This document shows positions 58,890-64,000 of a DNA stretch of 64,000 nt, in pieces. The translations under genes and the position numbers were made by a program. The number at the start of each line of letters is the position of its first letter. Position 1 is the stretch's first letter. The notes beneath the pieces were generated by a model. It was not told where the DNA came from, did not search any database, and saw nothing but the letters and a program-made list of their open reading frames with translations. Source of the DNA: an uncultured beta proteobacterium (GTDB taxonomy: Bacteria > Pseudomonadota > Gammaproteobacteria > Burkholderiales > Burkholderiaceae_F); assembly GCA_963707445.1 (NCBI GenBank), contig CAVPPW010000003.1, positions 8,673 to 72,672 on the forward strand, read 5' to 3'.

Positions 58890-59180
58890 TAACAGGCAGC
58901 AAGTCGAGTCCTAGCGAACACTAAAAGCCGTGCGTCAATTGTCCGATGCTCCCGCGCCGAGGGCGCGTGTTGAGCTCGATGAAGCGGACGACGTGCGTTC
59001 AATGAGCTAACGCAGGCCGACGCGTCTGAAGTTTGTCAGCGGCGCGGTGATGATCGATCTTCGTGTCTACGCATCGCCTTCGCTTGATCCCGCGCTTGCG
59101 GTACGCAGCCACACGCAATGCCGCTGCGGCGGACGGCGGCCCTCTGGACAGGCGATGCAGCGTGGCTATCCTGTGTCTGC

Positions 59181-59846
59181 ATGAGCAGCCTGACAGAACC
59201 GCTGATCGTCGACGTCGTCTCCGACGTCGTCTGTCCGTGGTGTTATGTCGGCAAGCGGCGCCTCGACGCCGCGCTCGCTGGACGTACCGGTGGCAAGACA
59301 ACCGTGCGCTGGCATCCGTTCCAGCTGAATCCGGATATTCCGCGCGGCGGTGCTGACCGGCGCAGTTATCTCGACCAAAAGTTCGGGGGCCCGGAGCGGA
59401 TGCGTGAGACGCAGGAGCGCCTCGAGGCGGCCGGACGCGATACCGGCGTCTGGTTCGAGTTCGAAAGAATCGACCGCCAACCCAACACGCTCGACGCCCA
59501 TCGCCTGATCGCATGGTCGCAGAAGGTGAGACCGGCGCTGACCCATGATCTCGTCGAGAATCTCTTCCGGGCTTATTTCACGCAGGGCGTCGACGTCGGC
59601 AATATCGAGGAACTCGCCCGCATCGCAGGCCTCTCGGGGTTCGATGCGTTCCGCGCGAAGGCGCTGCTGACCTCGGACGAAGGTAGCGCGGCAATTGCGG
59701 CCGCCGAGCGCCGGGCACACGCACTCGGCGTCACCGGGGTGCCGCTGTTCATCTTCAACCAGCGGGTCGCGGTGTCCGGTGCCCAGCACGCCAAAGTGCT
59801 GCGCGAGGCGATGACGCAGAGCGAGGTCGCGACGATCACGCGCTGA
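59181..59846 (+). CDS. DsbA-family oxidoreductase (FrnE / 2-hydroxychromene-2-carboxylate-isomerase-like)
   Basis: ATG at 59181. Supporting text: LIVDVVSDVVCPWCYVGKRRLDAAL ... GVTGVPLFIFNQRVAVSGAQ. Confidence 0.85.
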   Translation: MSSLTEPLIVDVVSDVVCPWCYVGKRRLDAALAGRTGGKTTVRWHPFQLNPDIPRGGADRRSYLDQKFGGPERMRETQERLEAAGRDTGVWFEFERIDRQPNTLDAHRLIAWSQKVRPALTHDLVENLFRAYFTQGVDVGNIEELARIAGLSGFDAFRAKALLTSDEGSAAIAAAERRAHALGVTGVPLFIFNQRVAVSGAQHAKVLREAMTQSEVATITR

Positions 59847-60076
59847 GGCACCGCGGCAGCAATGCACGCGGGCCGGCTGAACTTCCCCTTCTACACTGGC
59901 ACGTCTTGCTTCGCCTGCGACGTGCGGAAATTTTGCAACACTCCAGCTCGCGGCGCCGCTGTTCGTGACGTGCGCGCACTGATGCGTGCAGCGCCAAGAG
60001 CGTGCTAGACCACTTCGGCGGTCACGTCTTGGCTGCTGCAACTTCCGCCACCTCAGCTACGCTTCGCCCCTCGATT

Positions 60077-60104
60077 CCCGGCCGCGGCCGGGTCTTTGTT
60101 TGTT
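60077..60104 (+). terminator. Terminator-like hairpin immediately before the MFS gene start
   Basis: The 16-bp palindrome CCCGGCCGCGGCCGGG is followed by TCTTTGTTTGTT. It ends 4 nt before GTG 60109. Confidence 0.5.
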
Positions 60105-60108
60105 CGCC

Positions 60109-61429
60109 GTGAAGTCGCCAATCCTTTTGCTGCCGCACGCCTGGCGGCAGCGCCTGTCGCTTGCCGCCGACGACCTGCTGCGCGACGCGACGTATCGCCG
60201 CCTCTGGACGTCGATCTTCATCAGTTCATTCGGCGCGCAGGTGACGATGCTCGCACTGCCGCTGACGGCGGCGGTGCTGCTGCACGCCACGCCGACGCAG
60301 ATGGGCGTGCTGACGGCGATGGAGGTGGTGCCGTTCGTGCTGTTTTCGCTGCCGGCGGGCGTGTGGCTCGACCGCGTGCGCAAGCTGCCGGTGTACGTCT
60401 GGGGCGAAGCATTGCTGGCGCTCTTCGTCGCCAGCGTCCCGCTCGCCTGGTGGGCCGGCTGGCTGTCGATCAACTGGCTCTATGTCGTCGGCTTCGCGAT
60501 CGGCACGGTCTACACGATTGCCGGCAGCGCGGCGCAGATCGTGCTGACGCAGATCGTGCCGCGCGAGCGATTGGTCGAAGCACATGCCAAGAACGCACTC
60601 GCCAGCTCGTCGGCAGAGGTCGCGGGGCCCGGCATGGCGGGCGCATTGATCAAGCTGGTCGGCGCACCGCTCGCGCTGCTCGCCGATGCGGTGCTGCTGC
60701 TGGTGTCGGCGCTGATCCTGCGCGGCATCCGCGTGACCGAAGGGCCCCTGCATGTCGCGAGCGAGTTCTGGCCGGCCCTGCGCGCGGGCATGCGCTTCGT
60801 CGCCGACCATCGGCTGCTGGTGACGATGGCGCTGATCGTCGGTGGCTGGCAGATGTGCCATCAGGCCGCGCTGGTCGTCCAGATCCTGTTCGCGACCCGC
60901 ACGCTCGGACTGTCCGAGGGGGGCGTCGGCCTGGCGTATATCGCGCTGGGCGTCGGCACCATCGTCACGAGCACCGTGGGCAACCGAGTCTCGCGTCGGT
61001 TCGGGCCCGGACCCGACGCTCGTGCTCGGCTTCGCGATCTGCGGCGTCGGCTGGCTGCTGGGGGCCGCGGCGCCGCCATCGCCGGTCGGCATCGCGATGT
61101 TCGGCGCGATGCTCATGCTGTTCGGCGTCGGTGCCGTGCTGATCTTCATCACCTTCCTCTCGTTGCGGCAGTCGGTCACGCCCGCGCCGCTGCTGGGCCG
61201 GATGACCAGCACGATGCGCTGGCTGATCCTGCTGCCGGCCGGGCCGGGTGCACTGCTCGGCGGATGGCTGGGCGAGCATCTCGGCCTGCGCGCCGCGCTC
61301 GCATTCGCCGGCTGCACGGTGCTGCTGATCGCGTACGTGGCGTGGCGGCAGCCGGTCATCCGCGAAACGCGCGTGCTGCCGGCCGTCAAGGACGACGCGG
61401 GCCTCGCACCTTCGGGCAGCGCGCCCTGA
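60109..61429 (+). pseudogene. MFS transporter (EntS/MFS_3-like) with one frame break
   Basis: The first part of ORF 59986-62388 reads LRDATYRRLWTSIFISSFGAQVTMLALPLTA... It joins ORF 60842-61429 near 61010 (..RRFGPGP / TLVLGFAICGVGWLL..). The rest of the 800-aa ORF is out-of-frame run-on. Confidence 0.8.
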
Positions 61430-61531
61430 GGTCGGCGTTCGGCCCTGACTGCGACGCCTTCAGCAGTCGCAGTTGCGGTTTCGTCGCAGCAAATGCCGGG
61501 CTGCCGCGCATGGCACTACCGTCGGCTCTGC

Positions 61532-62425
61532 ATGAGCGCATTGGGTCCGATGAGAATCGTCGTCGCAATCCTGCTGGGCGCCGTCGCCAGCGCTGCCGTC
61601 TTGGCGGCAGATCGCTCGGCCGAGCTAACCCAGCTCGTCGCGACGGAACGCGAGTTCGCGGCTCGGGCGCAACAGGTCAACGCTCGCCAAGCCTTTGTCG
61701 AATACTTCGCGGCCGACGCGATCCTGTTCACTCCATTTGCGACGCCCGCGTTTCCCGGATTGCGCGAGGGTCCCGACTGGGGCGTCGACATCCAGTGGCG
61801 ACCGGTTGCCGCAGCGATCTCGGGCGCTGCCGACATGGGTTTCACCACTGGACCCACCGAATACCGTCGCGCGCCCGCCGAGGCTCCGCTGCGCTATGGC
61901 CACTACACCTCGGTGTGGCAGCGCCAGCAGGACGGGCGCTATCGCGTCCTCATCGACATCGGGATATCCCACGCTGCCCCGCAGACGCGCGTCGACGACT
62001 GGTCGTTGCGCCAGGCCGCGCCGGCACTGCCGGCGCGGGATGCACGCGAGCAGGCCGCAGCGGCCGCCACTTTGCGGGCGCTCGACATGCACACGGGAGC
62101 GCTGCGCGCGGTGCGACCGCGACCGCATTGGCCCGCGTGATCGCCGACGATGCTCGGCTGCATCTCAGCGGCCAGATACCGGTCGGTCGGTCGCGCCGCA
62201 GCGCTGGCGTTGCTCGAGGCGCTGGACCATCGGTACGAATGGTCACCGGAGGGCGCGGCGGTGGCCGAGTCTCGGGGACTTCGGCTTCACTTACGGCCGC
62301 GGCCGCTGGCAGGGAAACGAGCCGCCGCTTCGGGCGAACTCGCCTACCTGAACCTGTGGCAGCGGGACGCCGGATGAATGGAAGTTGATCGTGCACGTCT
62401 GCAACAGGGTCGAACCGCCGCCGTA
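61532..62425 (+). pseudogene. Exported tandem NTF2-like (DUF4440/SnoaL-like) protein with several frame breaks
   Basis: The signal peptide is MRIVVAILLGAVASAAVLA. Supporting text: LVATEREFAARAQQVNARQAFVEYFAADAILF ... GHYTSVWQRQQDGRYRVLIDIG. The second half is in other frames (..ALARVIADDARLHLSG.., ..YLNLWQRDA.., ..EWKLIVHVCN..). The stop is at 62423-62425. Confidence 0.55.
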
Positions 62426-62450
62426 GCGCGCGCGCTCGTTGCAAGCGCCG

Positions 62451-64000
62451 ATCAGGCCGCGCTGAACCGCGGCGTCGGCGATGAGCTCCCCGGCAGGCGC
62501 GAGACCACGCAGTCGCGCCCGCTCGCCTTGGCGGCGTACAACGCTTCGTCGGCGCGGCGCAGCAGAAGTGCGGACGGTGTCGCCCGGCGCGGACACGGTC
62601 AGGCCGATGCTGATCGTCACGCGTCGACCGGACACGTGCCGGCTGATGTCGAGTGTGCGCACCTGCGCCAGCAGCCGCTCGGCGAGCCGCCGCGCCGCGA
62701 TCTCGTGCGCTTCCTGCGCTCACGATCAGGAACTCCTCGCCGCCGAGCCGACCCAGCTTCACCGGCTCCTGCGGCGATCGTCCGCAACGCTGCCGAAACC
62801 GAGCGCAGGATCTCGTCGCCGACCAGATGTCCGTGCTCGTCGTTGATCGACTTGAAGTGGTCGATGTCGACGATCAGCACGCTGCATCCGCGACCGGCCC
62901 GAAGCAAATGATCCAGCTGCGCGAGCACTTGGCGACGATTCGGAACACCGGTGAGCTCGTCGGTCATCGCCAGCGTGCGCATCGCCCGGCTCGTCGTGCC
63001 GGCCGCGCCAGGCCAGCGTCGCCATCACCGCGGCGAGCACGATGATCAGCACGATCAGCGCCTCCTGCAGCCGCGACGCGCGCTTCTCCTGGTTCAGCGC
63101 GTGCACCGTCGCATCCTTCTGCTGCAGCAGCAGCGCGTTCTGCTTGTCCTTCGCCGCGGTCAGGCTCGCATAGCGCTGGTCGAGCTGCCGCTGCAGCAAC
63201 GCGTCCTGGGCCGTCTGGAACTGAACGTGCTGTTCGTACGCGCGCTGCCAGTCGCCGATGGCCGCGAGTGCGCGCCCGAGTTCGGCGCGGACACTGCCGA
63301 CGTCATGCACCGAGTCGGCCTTGACGAAGATGTCGAGGGAGGTCCTGAGCGTTTCGATACTCTCGCGCGGACGCTGTAGTCCCCGCAGCGCGATGCCGCG
63401 CTGTAGCAGGATCTGTGCGTGCAGCATCTGGTCGGTCGTGGCGCCCTGCTGCAGGGCTGCCCGGTCCAGCAGCGAGAGCGCATCGATGTGATTGCCGCGC
63501 GAGTTCTGAACCACCGCGAGGCCGCGCAGCGCATAGGCCTCGCCGCGCGCGTAGCTGATCTGGCGGCTCAGCCGCAGCACCTCGTTGAAGGTCTGTTCGG
63601 CGCCATTCCAATCGTTCAGTTTCTCCAGTACACGACCGAGGTTGTAGCGAGTGACGACGAGGTCGCGGGTCAGGCCGGCCTGTTCCTGCAGCTTCAGCGA
63701 AGTCTCGTAGTAGTCCCGCGCCTGCTGATAGTCACCGACACGGCTGTAGAGACTCGCAATGCCGTTGACCGCATTGCGCACCTGCTGTGGCAGGTCGAGC
63801 TGCTCGTAGAGTTCCTGCGCCCGCTGAAGGTCGGCCAGGCCCGCGGCGAACCCTCCCTGCATGCCGCTCAGGTAGCCACGCAGGAACAGCGAATCGGCGA
63901 GCAGTTCACGCTCGCCGTGCTGTTCCGCGACCGTGACCGACTCCTGATACAGCGCAGCGGCGCGGCCGTTGTCATTCGCAAATTCGTGCAGCTCACCCTC
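62451..64000 (-). pseudogene. TPR, TM, GGDEF diguanylate cyclase; the N-terminus lies beyond the window and there are several frame breaks in the GGDEF part
   Basis: The frame is open to base 64000. The TPR region is in ORF 62759-63862. The TM segment is EALIVLIIVLAAVMATLAW. The GGDEF pieces are DELTGVPNRRQV..IVDIDHFKSINDEHGHLVGD, LGRLGGEEFLIV, ISIGLTVSAPGD and LLRRADEALYAAKASGRD. Confidence 0.8.

Noticed and set aside
59986-62388. An 800-aa plus-strand ORF.
   Set aside because: Only about the first 300 codons (MFS transporter) look coding. After about 61010 the true frame shifts, and the remainder is Arg/Ala-rich run-on that crosses the next gene.
1-64000. Searched by eye for tRNA/rRNA genes, CRISPR arrays, IS elements, integrases, phage or conjugation genes, toxin-antitoxin pairs and known defence-system genes.
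   Set aside because: None was recognised. There are no regularly spaced repeats and no transposase- or recombinase-like translations. The only repeats are the short regulatory-type repeats and paralogous genes reported above.

Overview
This is a high-GC (about two-thirds G+C by eye) proteobacterial chromosomal segment. The gene content looks Burkholderiales-like, which is an inference from DUF2917/LysR pairs, DUF3563-like peptides, several PF04392-type solute receptors, an ECF sigma/YCII operon and Ku-LigD. I can support about 60 protein-coding genes. I found no rRNA, tRNA, CRISPR array, transposase, integrase or phage genes.

Gene order, left to right:
- An amino-acid catabolism and TAXI-TRAP uptake cluster (1-7034).
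- An SRAP peptidase.
- An envelope module (DedA, PmrA/PmrB-like two-component system, DegP-type protease) with three PmrA-box-like repeat pairs.
- Two small paralogous peptides in AT-rich spacers.
- A TetR-controlled RND efflux operon.
- icmF.
- A lower-GC patch with a PASTA-domain membrane protein translationally coupled to an unknown partner, plus two mini-ORFs.
- gnd and gntK.
- Small exported proteins.
- A signalling island: a truncated kinase paralogue, two orphan PF04392 receptors, a Cache-HAMP-GAF-GAF hybrid kinase, a receptor remnant and a LuxR-type regulator.
- DUF72, ligD, ku and an HTH-TPR gene.
- An ECF sigma operon with YCII and VOC genes and a recognisable promoter.
- A MoaD/ThiS-like GG protein next to a BNR-repeat protein.
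- ada.
- A cytochrome-c/choice-of-anchor-D protein with a sorting-signal-like tail.
- An MBL hydrolase, a DsbA-like protein, an MFS transporter, an NTF2-like protein and a TPR-GGDEF cyclase that runs off the right edge.

The main caveat is about 50 reading-frame breaks, clustered in four blocks and without accompanying nonsense codons. I label the affected genes as pseudogenes, but consensus indel errors are the more likely cause.

The best candidates for something undescribed are:
- the PASTA unit (27093-29229);
- the orphan-receptor/Cache-kinase island (35205-42177);
- the MoaD-like/BNR pair (53857-55365).

All family assignments come from reading the translations. No searches were run.
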